Assembly (NCBI GenBank): GCA_963736855.1
Contig: CAVTQK010000015.1
Location: 128,001 to 192,000, forward strand
Direction of reading: 5' to 3'
Source: an uncultured delta proteobacterium
Lineage (GTDB): Bacteria > Desulfobacterota > Desulfobacteria > Desulfobacterales > UBA2156
Length of the DNA: 64,000 nucleotides
Below the pieces are notes generated by a model. The model was not told the origin of the DNA. It did no database searches and saw only the letters and a program-made list of their open reading frames with translations. Numbering within the stretch: the first letter of the stretch is position 1; the number at the start of each line of letters is the position of its first letter. The position numbers and the translations under genes are program-made. Shown in pieces: positions 30,784-40,731 of this stretch.

Positions 30784-31599
30784 ATGGAAATCGATGGTAA
30801 GGTCGCTTTGGTACTGGGATCGATCAGGGGAATCGGAAAAGGAGTTGCCGTCGCCCTTGCTCAAAAAGGGGCGAAGATTGCCGCAACTTATTGGGACTGG
30901 GAGGAGCATCTGGAGGTTCTGAGGCAAAGTTTGGAGACCATAGGGGCAGAACCTCTCATTCTCAAAGTGGACTTACTTCAAACAGAAAAGATCGCCTCTA
31001 CGGTGGAGAAGGTGGCAAATCAATTCGGAAGGATCGATATTCTCATTAATAACATCGAGCGGGGCGGATGGCCCATCGTCCATGGCCCCTATATTCAGGA
31101 CCAGTGGGATCTGGAGCTTGCCACCACACTCAGGGCCAAATGGTGGGTTTTCAATGAAGCGCTTCCCTATCTAAAGGCCTCTGGTGAAGGTATTGTCGTG
31201 AACCTGTCATCTATAGCCGGCGTCGTGGGAAGGTGCGGACCGGCCGCCCCGGTCTTCAACGATGGGTACGCCTCTGCCAATCGAGGGGTTTCGCTTTTAA
31301 CCGAGACCTGGGCGCGTATGGGGGCTCCTGAAGTGCGCGTCAATGAAATTATGTTGGGATTCGTGGAAACCCGCCATGGAGAAGGGACCCGTGGGTGGGC
31401 CCTCCTGTCGGACGCCCAGAAAGCGGCGATTCTCGACCATACGCTACTTTGTAGAATCGGCACTATCGAAGACGTGGTCAAAGCGGTCTGTTTTCTGGTG
31501 GAGGATGCATCCTTTATGACCGGGAGCGTCCTTCGCCTGGACGGGGGATACATATTGGGAGGCGAGTCGGTTTCTCCCATGCCTCCGGGTGTTCTGTAG
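30784..31599 (+). CDS. SDR-family oxidoreductase (atypical)
   Basis: LGSIRGIG, GRIDILINN, YASAN in place of YxxxK, TGSVLRLDGG. Confidence 0.88.
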   Translation: MEIDGKVALVLGSIRGIGKGVAVALAQKGAKIAATYWDWEEHLEVLRQSLETIGAEPLILKVDLLQTEKIASTVEKVANQFGRIDILINNIERGGWPIVHGPYIQDQWDLELATTLRAKWWVFNEALPYLKASGEGIVVNLSSIAGVVGRCGPAAPVFNDGYASANRGVSLLTETWARMGAPEVRVNEIMLGFVETRHGEGTRGWALLSDAQKAAILDHTLLCRIGTIEDVVKAVCFLVEDASFMTGSVLRLDGGYILGGESVSPMPPGVL

Positions 31600-31643
31600 A
31601 AACTGAGTATCGGGGTTTTCCAAACAGAACGGATTCGGGTTAC

Positions 31644-32420
31644 CTATTTGAGGTTGGAGCCCGGTATACCCCACAACAGATATTTCACCCACTCAAACCC
31701 GAACTTCAGCAATTCCGTGTCATCGTCTTGGATCCGGTCAGCAACGGCGGGCGCGATGGGGTATCGTTTTAAAAAAGAGCTTTCGAAGACAAAATCGTGA
31801 AACCGGTCGATGTTGTAGGTCGCCATGAAGACCATCTTTCCCTTGGGGCTCGATAGACCGGCTTTCCCCCAGGGGTCTTGCTGGAAGAGGCGCTTCAGCT
31901 CACTCCAAAGAATAGTCATCTCGTTGTAGAGCCGCGCACCCTGGTCGTGAGACCAGCCGTCGGGGGTCCAGGAAGCTTTTTCAAATTGCCCCATGCAGAA
32001 ATCGAAGGGCCGGAAAAAATGGACCAGCCGGCTTTGTCCGGAAACGGCGTCGAAGGACACCCCCTGTTCGAGCGGATAGAGGCGGCAGGTGTGGGGTCGG
32101 TGCTCATATACCGTGCACCCTGAAGCGGACAGAAAAACGCATGGATGTTCCACTTCCTCGGCCATCTTCAGGAGAATATCCGGAAAATATTCTTCTTTGC
32201 GCAGCACGATATCCACATAGCGTTCCAGGAATACATCGGAACTGATTCCCAGCCCTTTTCTGAGTCTTAGAACATCGTATGGGTGTAAAATTAGGTTTAA
32301 ATTCCGGCAACATCGGTTGAAACAACCGATTCCGGGGTGACAGCGAAAATGAAAGACCGTATCAGAGCCCAGGTACTGTCCCGGGAGGTTCTCCAGGGGG
32401 ATATCTTCAAAATATTTCAT
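31644..32420 (-). CDS. YkgJ-family (CxxCC) cysteine-cluster protein, paralog of 30045-30779
   Basis: FRC...CFNRCCRNL, CVFL...CTVYEHRPHTCRLYP; ATG at 32420. Confidence 0.88.
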   Translation of the reverse strand: MKYFEDIPLENLPGQYLGSDTVFHFRCHPGIGCFNRCCRNLNLILHPYDVLRLRKGLGISSDVFLERYVDIVLRKEEYFPDILLKMAEEVEHPCVFLSASGCTVYEHRPHTCRLYPLEQGVSFDAVSGQSRLVHFFRPFDFCMGQFEKASWTPDGWSHDQGARLYNEMTILWSELKRLFQQDPWGKAGLSSPKGKMVFMATYNIDRFHDFVFESSFLKRYPIAPAVADRIQDDDTELLKFGFEWVKYLLWGIPGSNLK

Positions 32421-33075
32421 GTCGTTTCCGGATGTCACATAAGTGGGTGGGAAAATCCAGAACCTTGGGCTTTTTCTCAAAATCCAGGAGCATTTCCGCC
32501 ACCGTCATCTTGATATTGTAGTCGGCTCCGATCTCTTTCCGCAGATTCTGCTCATAGGCTGCCAGATCCCGATAAAAGGGTGTCCGGTCGAATGGGATAT
32601 AGGGGATCTGCCCGCAAGTCCGATCAAATACGTGGCATCCTGAACCTCGAAAGATCGCTTTTCCCGGCGTGTGGAGTTCGTGGGGAATGCCGTGAAGCCG
32701 ACAGAGCATAGGACGCCAACCGTAAAGAATGCAGAACCTTTCTTCATTGAGAGGGCAAAATAATGGGGAAGAAAGGCCCGACTTATCAGCGGTGTCCATA
32801 TGCCGGCGATAGGCTTCGGCCCGTTTTTGAACTTCCCGCCGAAGAGACGGCCCTAAGGTCATGTAACCTTCTAATAAATAAAGATACTCGATAAAGGTGA
32901 AATGGTAAAACCGGGTCCGGCAGCAGCTGTCTTCACAGCCGTTGCAGATAAACCCATAGAGTGTTGCCGTTTCGCGGTAGGCCTGATCCATGGCCGCGTA
33001 CAAGCGTTTCAGGAGACGGAGATGGGGTTCGAATGTTTCCAGGGGGGCGCTGATACTTTTCGGGATAGGGTCCAC
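32407..33075 (-). CDS. YkgJ-like cysteine-cluster protein
   Basis: CNGCEDSCC, CPLN...CILYGWRPMLCRLHG. Confidence 0.75.
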   Translation of the reverse strand: MDPIPKSISAPLETFEPHLRLLKRLYAAMDQAYRETATLYGFICNGCEDSCCRTRFYHFTFIEYLYLLEGYMTLGPSLRREVQKRAEAYRRHMDTADKSGLSSPLFCPLNEERFCILYGWRPMLCRLHGIPHELHTPGKAIFRGSGCHVFDRTCGQIPYIPFDRTPFYRDLAAYEQNLRKEIGADYNIKMTVAEMLLDFEKKPKVLDFPTHLCDIRKRHEIF

Positions 33076-33084
33076 AGGACGGGA

Positions 33085-34149
33085 TCAGACAATCGGTTCC
33101 GGGAAAAAGGTTTTATGATAAAGGGCCAGCGCGTATCGGTCCGTCATTGAGGCGATAAAGTCGCAGACGATGCGTTCCCTGCTTTCCGGGAGCGGGTTTA
33201 TTTCCTTTAGCCCCATCCTTTTGAGTTCTTTTTGAAACAGGTCATCATCAGTCATGAGGCAGGAAAAAAGCTCAGAAAGAATTTTTTTAGCTTTGATAAA
33301 TTCCCGGTGGACCTGTTTGGCCCGATAGACGTTATTGTATAGGAAGTGCCTTAGTTCGCTCATGGCCGCATAAACCTTATCGCTCATGTTCAAGAGAAAT
33401 TGTCCATCAGAGGGAGTACTGGTATGGATGACATCTATGATCATGGTGGTGGCTCTTTCCAAATGGTTATTCCCCAGCACCGTAACACAGGATGTCGGAA
33501 CCTGGTCTTCATGGATGACCCCACTGCGAATGGCATCTTCCAGGTCATGATTCAAATAAGCGATGATGTCCGCGATGCGTACGACCCGGCCTTCGATTGT
33601 ACAGGGGAGTTCATTCAGATCATCCGGAATGATTTTTCCATAACCTTTGGAATGCTTCAGAATGCCGTCTCGGACTTCAAAGGTCAGATTAAGCCCCATG
33701 CCATTATTTTCCAGGATATCCACGACTCTCAAACTTTGTTTATGGTGCGAAAATCCGTCGGAACAGATTTCCTTGAGAATAACTTCCCCGCCGTGTCCGA
33801 ACGGGGGGTGGCCCAGATCATGAGCCAGGGCGACGGCTTCCGCAAGGTCTTCGTTCAAGCGCATGGCGCGGGCGATGGTGGTGGCGATCTGAGCCACCTC
33901 GAGGGTATGAGTCAGCCGGGTTCGGTACTGATCCCCTAAAGGAGATAGGAATACCTGGGTCTTGTATTTTAGTCTCCGGAAGGCATTGGAATAAACGATT
34001 CGAAACTTATCCAGCTGAAACGCCGTCCGGACCGGGCAGGGAGGCTCGGGACGTAGTCTCCCTCGGGTTTTGGAACTGAGGCATGCGAAAGGAGACATGA
34101 ACCCGCATTCGCGTTTTTCGAAGTCTTCTCGGATGGATTTGGTATTCAT
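33085..34149 (-). CDS. dgt: Deoxyguanosinetriphosphate triphosphohydrolase-like HD protein
   Basis: FRRLKYKTQVF, RTRLTHTLEV, HDLGHPPFGHGGE, DIIAYLNHDLED, DFIASMTDRYA. Confidence 0.92.
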   Translation of the reverse strand: MNTKSIREDFEKRECGFMSPFACLSSKTRGRLRPEPPCPVRTAFQLDKFRIVYSNAFRRLKYKTQVFLSPLGDQYRTRLTHTLEVAQIATTIARAMRLNEDLAEAVALAHDLGHPPFGHGGEVILKEICSDGFSHHKQSLRVVDILENNGMGLNLTFEVRDGILKHSKGYGKIIPDDLNELPCTIEGRVVRIADIIAYLNHDLEDAIRSGVIHEDQVPTSCVTVLGNNHLERATTMIIDVIHTSTPSDGQFLLNMSDKVYAAMSELRHFLYNNVYRAKQVHREFIKAKKILSELFSCLMTDDDLFQKELKRMGLKEINPLPESRERIVCDFIASMTDRYALALYHKTFFPEPIV

Positions 34150-34229
34150 CAAAAGCCGGGAGGAAACCTTTTTCACCGTGTTTTATCGGAAGATTATTCC
34201 AGATGTCGACCATCGAGTAAAGGATTATT

Positions 34230-34384
34230 TGATGGCTTCTTAAAAAGTCCATCTGCTGCGTTGCACTGCATCCTTCGTCATTGCGGCGTACCCATATGTA
34301 CGCCTCATTCCTCAGGATTTGCGTGCCTTGCATCTGAAGCTTTTTACTTTGTCTTCCTAATTTTGAGTTTTTACGATTTCATCA
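34230..34384. repeat. MITE-like intergenic element, subfamily A, copy 3 (inverted)
   Basis: Reverse complement of copies 1 and 2; no clear flanking duplication. Confidence 0.9.
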
Positions 34385-34505
34385 TTTGTATCCGATTCAA
34401 AAAATCAGTATAATCAAAAGAAATCTAAAGATCGACACTCGATGGGTAGAAAGAGCATGTAGCCCGATCGATGCAAATATCCGAGTCGTAGAAGGGAATA
34501 CCGGG

Positions 34506-35057
34506 GTGCAAGGTCACCATCTCATACTTGGCGAACAAGTTGACTTCTTGACCGGAGAGGTGTTGAAAGATACCCATGATGAACGGTATCGTCAACAAAT
34601 TGCGCGCCTTCTAGTTCAGGATAAAGGGTATTCAAAACGCGAGATTACACCCCGGTGCCCCTTGCGGATTGAGGCCGGAGAAAAGCAGGCCATCATCACC
34701 ATTGATTTCAAGGTAACCCTTTCAGAGAAAGATTGCATGGTGATCCGGTACGGCCCCGGTTCTTTGGTGACCCGGAGAAGGGCGGTTTTAGCCGCATCCC
34801 GCTTGCTTTCCCCGTATCAAATCCCGGTGGCCGTGGTCACCAACGGTGAGGACGCCGAAATTCTTTCAGGAACAGACGGGAAAGTCCTGTCCCAGGGACT
34901 GGAATCGATTCCTGCCCGGAATGAACTGATTCAAATAGCCTCTCACCATGCTTTTGAAATTATAACCACCCATCGGGTGCAGATGGAAAACCGGATCCTG
35001 TATGTCTACGAGGTGGATGGGTGCTGCCCGTGCGATGATAACATCTGCAGGCTGTAA
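34506..35057 (+). CDS. Stand-alone protein resembling the type I restriction enzyme HsdR N-terminal domain
   Basis: DERYRQ...KGYSK...VVTNG pattern; Cys-rich tail CCPCDDNIC; GTG 34506 chosen as likely start. Confidence 0.6.
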   Translation: MQGHHLILGEQVDFLTGEVLKDTHDERYRQQIARLLVQDKGYSKREITPRCPLRIEAGEKQAIITIDFKVTLSEKDCMVIRYGPGSLVTRRRAVLAASRLLSPYQIPVAVVTNGEDAEILSGTDGKVLSQGLESIPARNELIQIASHHAFEIITTHRVQMENRILYVYEVDGCCPCDDNICRL

Positions 35058-35063
35058 GGAAAA

Positions 35064-35573
35064 ATGGTAGCTGCCCATCACACTTTTTTCATGGAACAAG
35101 CACTAGAAGAGGCCAGAAGAGCACTGCGACAGGGAGAATTTCCCGTCGGATGCGTCATTGTCATCAAAGAGCAGGTCATTGCGACGGGCTTTCGCCGGCA
35201 AACCAGGGGTACCCGGGCCAGTGAAATCCACCATGCGGAAATGATTGCCCTTGAGCGATTGACGAGTGCCGATTTAATGGATCCCGCCGGAACGATCACC
35301 CTCTATACCACTATGGAGCCGTGCCTGATGTGTTACGGTGCAATACTGCTCAGCGGGATCCGGAAAGTCGTCTATGCCTATGAAGATGTCATGGGAGGTG
35401 GTACAGGATGTGACTTGACGCGGCTTTCGCCGTTGTATCGGAGCCGTCCGGTGGTCCTCGTGCCCAATATCCTTCGGGAAAAAAGTCTTTCTCTATTGAA
35501 GATCTATTTTAAAAATCCTCGAAACCGTTATTGGGAAGGGAGCCTCTTGGCCAGATATACCTTAAGTCAGTAG
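35064..35573 (+). CDS. Nucleoside/tRNA deaminase (TadA-like)
   Basis: GEFPVGCV, HAE, TMEPCLMC. Confidence 0.88.
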   Translation: MVAAHHTFFMEQALEEARRALRQGEFPVGCVIVIKEQVIATGFRRQTRGTRASEIHHAEMIALERLTSADLMDPAGTITLYTTMEPCLMCYGAILLSGIRKVVYAYEDVMGGGTGCDLTRLSPLYRSRPVVLVPNILREKSLSLLKIYFKNPRNRYWEGSLLARYTLSQ

Positions 35574-35739
35574 AACTCAAAGGGCCTCCGGAAAAGGCTT
35601 CACAAGGGTTCCCGGATGCACTTTTTACTTGCATTTCGCAATCTTCTTGTATATCAGCGTCAACAAAAAGCGACTTCCCCCGATTGAAAACCGGAGGGAG
35701 CACCCAGAGGAATAACCCATATGAAGACAGGAGGTGGCA

Positions 35740-36261
35740 ATCGTTAACCCAAAAAATCAAGACCAGGCTCATGTGAATCAATATATCAAGGCCAAGGAGG
35801 TTCGGGTCATCGATCCCGAAGGGAATCAAATGGGGATCATTCCTCTCTCAAGGGCGCTGAGTGCAGCGGCTGAATTCGGGTTGGATCTGGTGGAGGTCAG
35901 CCCAAACGCGGACCCGCCTGTATGTAAGATCATGGATTACGGCCGCTACAAATATGAGCAAACGAAAAAAAAGCAGGTCGCCAAGAAAAAACAGAGCACC
36001 TTTCAAATCAAGGAAATCAAAGTCAGGCCAAAGACCGGTGAACATGATCTGCAGGTCAAGATCGGCCACATTCGAAAATTCCTCGAGAGGAAGGATAAGG
36101 TAAAAGTTTCAGTCCTTTTCCGGGGTCGAGAGATCACCCTGGCGGAAAGGGGGATGGAGCTGTTAGCCCGAATCTCACACGAAGTGGAAGATATCACTCA
36201 CGTGGAACAGGAGCCGAAATTCGAAGGTCGGATCATCGTCATGGTGCTGGCTCCCAAATAA
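35740..36261 (+). CDS. infC: Translation initiation factor IF-3
   Basis: LDLVEVSPNADPPVCKIMDYGRYKY, FRGRE; AGGAGG at 35729-35734 is well spaced for an ATC start at 35740. Confidence 0.97.
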   Translation: MVNPKNQDQAHVNQYIKAKEVRVIDPEGNQMGIIPLSRALSAAAEFGLDLVEVSPNADPPVCKIMDYGRYKYEQTKKKQVAKKKQSTFQIKEIKVRPKTGEHDLQVKIGHIRKFLERKDKVKVSVLFRGREITLAERGMELLARISHEVEDITHVEQEPKFEGRIIVMVLAPK

Positions 36262-36293
36262 ACCAAAGGCTCGGGTTTGATTTAAAAATAGTG

Positions 36294-36379
36294 TTGCGTA
36301 TGGGTTGATCTTCTTATAAAATTAGGTTTAGGTGGCGTGAGCTTGAGAAAGGATGCCATGCTCACGCCATCTATTTTTT
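36294..36379 (+). promoter_or_regulatory. Promoter-like sequence followed by a terminator-like hairpin upstream of rpmI
   Basis: TTGCGT-17 nt-TAAAAT, then 14-bp stem TAGGTGGCGTGAGC / GCTCACGCCATCTA and T6. Confidence 0.55.
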
Positions 36380-36578
36380 ATTATAATGCCCCGTTTTTGC
36401 ATCGAGATAAAGCTACTGCTTTCAGGCCAAGACTCGAGTCCGATCTTTATCCTGAAAGAATTGAATGGGCTGAGGGACAAACAATTCAAAGCCTTTTGAA
36501 TTAAGTTCCCTCGAATCCCTGAACCCTTAGGTCGCCGGCTTTAGCCGGTGAGCAGGTTACTTTTAAGCGAGGTAGAAT

Positions 36579-36776
36579 ATGCCGAAAATCAAGACAAACC
36601 GTTCAGCGGCAAAGAGATTTAAGAAGACGGGAACAGGCAAGTATGTCTATTCCAAGGCTTATGGAAGCCACATTTTGACTAAAAAAACCAGGAAGCGAAA
36701 ACGTTCATTGCGCAAAAGCCGGGTCGTTTCCGGTTCCAATCAAAAAACGATCCGGCTCCTTTTGCCCAACGGATAG
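36579..36776 (+). CDS. rpmI: 50S ribosomal protein L35
   Basis: [27 protein letters not shown]. Confidence 0.97.
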   Translation: MPKIKTNRSAAKRFKKTGTGKYVYSKAYGSHILTKKTRKRKRSLRKSRVVSGSNQKTIRLLLPNG

Positions 36777-36792
36777 AAGAGAGAGTGATATT

Positions 36793-37143
36793 ATGAGAGT
36801 TAAAAGAGGGTTTAAAGCAAGAAGACGTCGGAAAAAGGTACTCCAACTGGCCAAGGGATTCCGGGGTGGCCGGAGCAAGCTTTTTCGCACGGCGGCCGGT
36901 GCAGTTGACAAGGCTCTGATGTATGCCTACCGGGACCGGAGGACAAAAAAGAGGAATTTTCGAAGGCTTTGGATCGTTCGAATCAATGCGGCGGCCCGCA
37001 TGAATAACCTGTCTTACAGCCGATTCATCCAGGGGATAAAACGTGCCGGTATGGCCCTGGATCGAAAAGTGCTGGCGGATCTTGCAATATCCGACCCTTC
37101 CGGGTTTTCTCAGATCGCCAATCTGGCGGCTCAACAGGGATAA
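36793..37143 (+). CDS. rplT: 50S ribosomal protein L20
   Basis: [32 protein letters not shown]. Confidence 0.98.
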   Translation: MRVKRGFKARRRRKKVLQLAKGFRGGRSKLFRTAAGAVDKALMYAYRDRRTKKRNFRRLWIVRINAAARMNNLSYSRFIQGIKRAGMALDRKVLADLAISDPSGFSQIANLAAQQG

Positions 37144-37263
37144 CTCTTTAAATGTGTTAAAAACCGCCAGAAGCCGAATCTGTTTTATAGAACGTCTGGT
37201 GGCGGGTCCATAATGAAGCCGCAGTCATTCAAAAATCGGGATATCTATCCGTTCGGGGATCCA

Positions 37264-38268
37264 GTGGACTCCATTCAAAACGTCCGGGAACATGCTTTCA
37301 AAGAACTGAAGGCGTCAACAGATGCTGAGGCTGTCAGTGCTCTGACAACCCGATATTTAGGCCGGAAAGGGATCCTTACAAAGCTGTTGCGCAGCGTTTC
37401 GACGCTTCCACCGGATCAGAGGGCTACATTCGGCAAGGAAGCCAATGCTCTTAAAGGTATCCTGGAGCAGGCGCTTAAGGAAGCCTTAGAGCGATTCGAG
37501 AATTCCGCAGAAAAGAAGGAAGACTGGGTGGACATTTCCTTACCCGGTCGGGTTCCCGCCATCGGTGCTTTACATCCCCTCACCCAGGTCATGGGAGAAA
37601 TCTGCGATATCTTTTTAAAAATGGGATTTGACATCGCCGAAGGACCGGAGGTGGAAGCCGATTACTATAATTTCGAAGCGTTGAATATCCCCAAGGATCA
37701 CCCGGCCCGGGACATGCAGGATACATTCTATGTCTCTGACAACATTGTGTTAAGGACCCACACGTCTCCGGTTCAGATCCGGACCATGAAACAGCAACGT
37801 CCCCCGGTGAGGGTCATCGTACCTGGTAAGGTTTTTCGTTGTGATTCGGATCTGACCCACACCCCCATGTTTCACCAGGTGGAAGGGCTCCTAGTGGATG
37901 AGGGTGTCTCTTTCGGGGATCTGAAAGGAACCTTGACCGCTTTTGTGCACCAGATGTTCGACGAGCAGACGACGCTGCGGTTTCGCCCCAGCTTTTTTCC
38001 TTTCACCGAACCGAGCGCCGAAGTGGATATCGCTTGTGTAATGTGCCGGGGAGCAGGCTGCCGGGTTTGTTCCCACACCGGCTGGCTGGAGATTCTGGGA
38101 TCGGGCATGGTTCACCCGGCCCTCTTCGAAAATGTAGGCTATGACCCTGAACAATACACGGGATTTGCTTTCGGCATGGGTGTAGAACGGATTGCCATGC
38201 TGAAATACGGCATTGATGACATCCGTAAATTTTTTGATAACGACGCACGGTTTCTGATGCAGTTTTAA
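37264..38268 (+). CDS. pheS: Phenylalanine--tRNA ligase alpha subunit
   Basis: [37 protein letters not shown]; start uncertain (ATG 37213 or GTG 37264). Confidence 0.97.
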   Translation: MDSIQNVREHAFKELKASTDAEAVSALTTRYLGRKGILTKLLRSVSTLPPDQRATFGKEANALKGILEQALKEALERFENSAEKKEDWVDISLPGRVPAIGALHPLTQVMGEICDIFLKMGFDIAEGPEVEADYYNFEALNIPKDHPARDMQDTFYVSDNIVLRTHTSPVQIRTMKQQRPPVRVIVPGKVFRCDSDLTHTPMFHQVEGLLVDEGVSFGDLKGTLTAFVHQMFDEQTTLRFRPSFFPFTEPSAEVDIACVMCRGAGCRVCSHTGWLEILGSGMVHPALFENVGYDPEQYTGFAFGMGVERIAMLKYGIDDIRKFFDNDARFLMQF

Positions 38269-38270
38269 AC

Positions 38271-40685
38271 ATGAAGGCGAGCCTAAGCTGGTTGAAAACA
38301 TATGTGCCCATCGAAATGGGTGCTTCCGAGCTGGCCGATGCCTTGACGATGGTTGGCTTTGAAGTGGAATCGGCCACCGACCGGTTCGATTTCATGAAAG
38401 GCATCCTGGTGGGAAGGGTGACGGAAGTCAGGCCGCATCCCAACGCCGACAAGCTGAGAGTCTGCGATGTGGATGCAGGAGGACGCCGGTTAAAAATCAT
38501 CTGCGGGGCTCCCAATGTCCGACAAGGGATGCTGTCCGCCGTAGCTCTTCCCGGGATCCGGTTTCCGAACGGAACCGTGCTGCGAGAATCGTCCATCCGA
38601 GGCGTCGTTTCCGAAGGGATGTTGTGCAGCGAGAAGGAACTCGGGCTGGGAGACGATGCCTCCGGAATCCTGAAGCTTGACGCTTCTCTTAACCCCGGCC
38701 AGGAGCTCGCTCAGGCCTTAAAGCTTTCCGATACCGTTTTTGAAATCGGTGTGACCCCTAACCGGCCCGATTGCCTGGGCATGATCGGAATCGCTCGTGA
38801 AATCGCCGGGATTCAGAGGTCTCGAATAACTTATCCGGACGTGCGCATTGATGAGGATGACGATCAGATCTCGACGCTGGCCTCAGTGACCATTGAAGCT
38901 CCTGAGCACTGCCCTCGATATGATGCCCGTCTCGTTTTCGATATCAGCATCGGTCCCTCCCCGTTCTGGCTTCAGGATCGCCTATTTTCTGTAGGATTGA
39001 GGCCGATCAACAACATCGTGGATATCACGAATTTCATCCTGATGGAGACCGGACAGCCTTTGCACGCCTTCGATTTCGACCGCCTTGCCCAACACCGGAT
39101 TGTGGTTAAGACCGCCAAAGAAGGTACACGATTTATTACACTGGACCAGAAAGAACGAATCATGTCTTCGGATACCCTGATGATCTGTGACGGGGAAAAA
39201 GAGGTGGCGATTGCCGGGGTCATGGGAGGGATGAACTCGGAGATCACAGAGAAGACTACACGGGTGTTGATCGAAAGCGCCTGCTTTGATCCGGTAAGCA
39301 TCCGAAGGACCGCCAAACGGCTGGGAGTCAGCACCGAAGCCTCCCATCGATTTGAACGAGGCGTAGACCCGGAAGGGGTTATTTTCGCCCTGAACCGTGC
39401 GGCCCGGCTGATGAGCGAGCTTGGTGGAGGAAGGATTGTCAGCGGATGGATCGATGCCTGTCCGAAAGAGATTTCAAAAAGGGAAGTCACCTTGAGCCTT
39501 TCCCGGACAAACCATCTGCTGGGAACCGGTTTTACTCAGGAAAAGCTTAAAACGCTTTTAGAATCCATTGAATTTCGTGTCACTCCTATTGATGAGGACC
39601 GTCTGCAGGTTCTTGCGCCGAGCTTCCGGGTGGATGTCAAGAGGCCCGAAGACCTCATGGAAGAGGCGGCCCGGCTGTCGGGATACCAGCATATTCCGGT
39701 GACGTTTCCTTCCATTCCCCCCGTTCAAAGGCGTCGCAATCCATCTTTTTGGATCAGAGACGTCATCCGGCGATGGATGGCGGGCTTTGGCTTCCTGGAG
39801 GCAATCAACTATAGCTTCATCCATAGCCGGTTTGATGACCATCTGGGGCTTCCGGAGAACGATTTCCGACGAAAGACCATGCGGATTCTAAATCCCATTT
39901 CCGATGAGCAGAGTCGGATGCGGACCACGTTGATCCCGGGTCTTCTGGGTTCCCTCCAGAGGAATCTGGCCCAGCAGTTCCGATCCTTGCGTCTTTTTGA
40001 AACGGGAAAGGTGTATCTCCCCCAAAATCCGGATGACCTTCCCCAAGAGACGGAAATGCTCGCCGTGCTGTGGACCGGTTTCCGTTTTGAACCCGGATGG
40101 TACGGCAAAGAAACCCCTTGCGATTTTTTCGATATCAAGGGTACAGTAGAAGGGTTGGGGAAGGCTATCGGGATTAGAACTATCGAGGTTGCACCGATGC
40201 CGGATGATTTCTGTGCCTACCTGAAACCCCATCGTTCAGCCATGGTCCGGACTGAAAACCAAGATATCGGATGGATGGGAGAGATGCGTCCTGAGACCCT
40301 GACGCCCTATGATATCCACCAGGAAGTTTTCATTGCCGAACTGAACCTTGATGCCTTGTTGCCCTTCACGATGCTACATAAAAAAGCTGAGCCCATTTCC
40401 CGGTTTCCCGCAGCGACCCGAGATTTTACCCTCATTGTCGATAAAAGGGTCCTGGCAGGGGAAATTCTTCAATGTGTAGCATCCGCTGGTGAAAAATGGA
40501 TTGAAACCATCCGGCTTTTTGATGTATTTGAAAAAGATCCTATCCCGGCAGGGAAAAAAAGCATCTCCTTTCGGATTGCTTACAGAAGCCAAACTCGAAC
40601 GTTGGAGGACAAAGAGGTGACCCAGGTGCATCAAAAGATATCGGATATGCTCCTGAAGACTTTTGATGCCTCACTGCCGGAATGA
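38271..40685 (+). CDS. pheT: Phenylalanine--tRNA ligase beta subunit
   Basis: HPNADKL, ICGAPNV, TPNRPDCL, RFERGVD, RTLED. Confidence 0.97.
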   Translation: MKASLSWLKTYVPIEMGASELADALTMVGFEVESATDRFDFMKGILVGRVTEVRPHPNADKLRVCDVDAGGRRLKIICGAPNVRQGMLSAVALPGIRFPNGTVLRESSIRGVVSEGMLCSEKELGLGDDASGILKLDASLNPGQELAQALKLSDTVFEIGVTPNRPDCLGMIGIAREIAGIQRSRITYPDVRIDEDDDQISTLASVTIEAPEHCPRYDARLVFDISIGPSPFWLQDRLFSVGLRPINNIVDITNFILMETGQPLHAFDFDRLAQHRIVVKTAKEGTRFITLDQKERIMSSDTLMICDGEKEVAIAGVMGGMNSEITEKTTRVLIESACFDPVSIRRTAKRLGVSTEASHRFERGVDPEGVIFALNRAARLMSELGGGRIVSGWIDACPKEISKREVTLSLSRTNHLLGTGFTQEKLKTLLESIEFRVTPIDEDRLQVLAPSFRVDVKRPEDLMEEAARLSGYQHIPVTFPSIPPVQRRRNPSFWIRDVIRRWMAGFGFLEAINYSFIHSRFDDHLGLPENDFRRKTMRILNPISDEQSRMRTTLIPGLLGSLQRNLAQQFRSLRLFETGKVYLPQNPDDLPQETEMLAVLWTGFRFEPGWYGKETPCDFFDIKGTVEGLGKAIGIRTIEVAPMPDDFCAYLKPHRSAMVRTENQDIGWMGEMRPETLTPYDIHQEVFIAELNLDALLPFTMLHKKAEPISRFPAATRDFTLIVDKRVLAGEILQCVASAGEKWIETIRLFDVFEKDPIPAGKKSISFRIAYRSQTRTLEDKEVTQVHQKISDMLLKTFDASLPE

Positions 40686-40731
40686 TTTTCCTTAAGGGCG
40701 ACTCCTAGTGTGCCGACCGTGAGGCTTGAGG

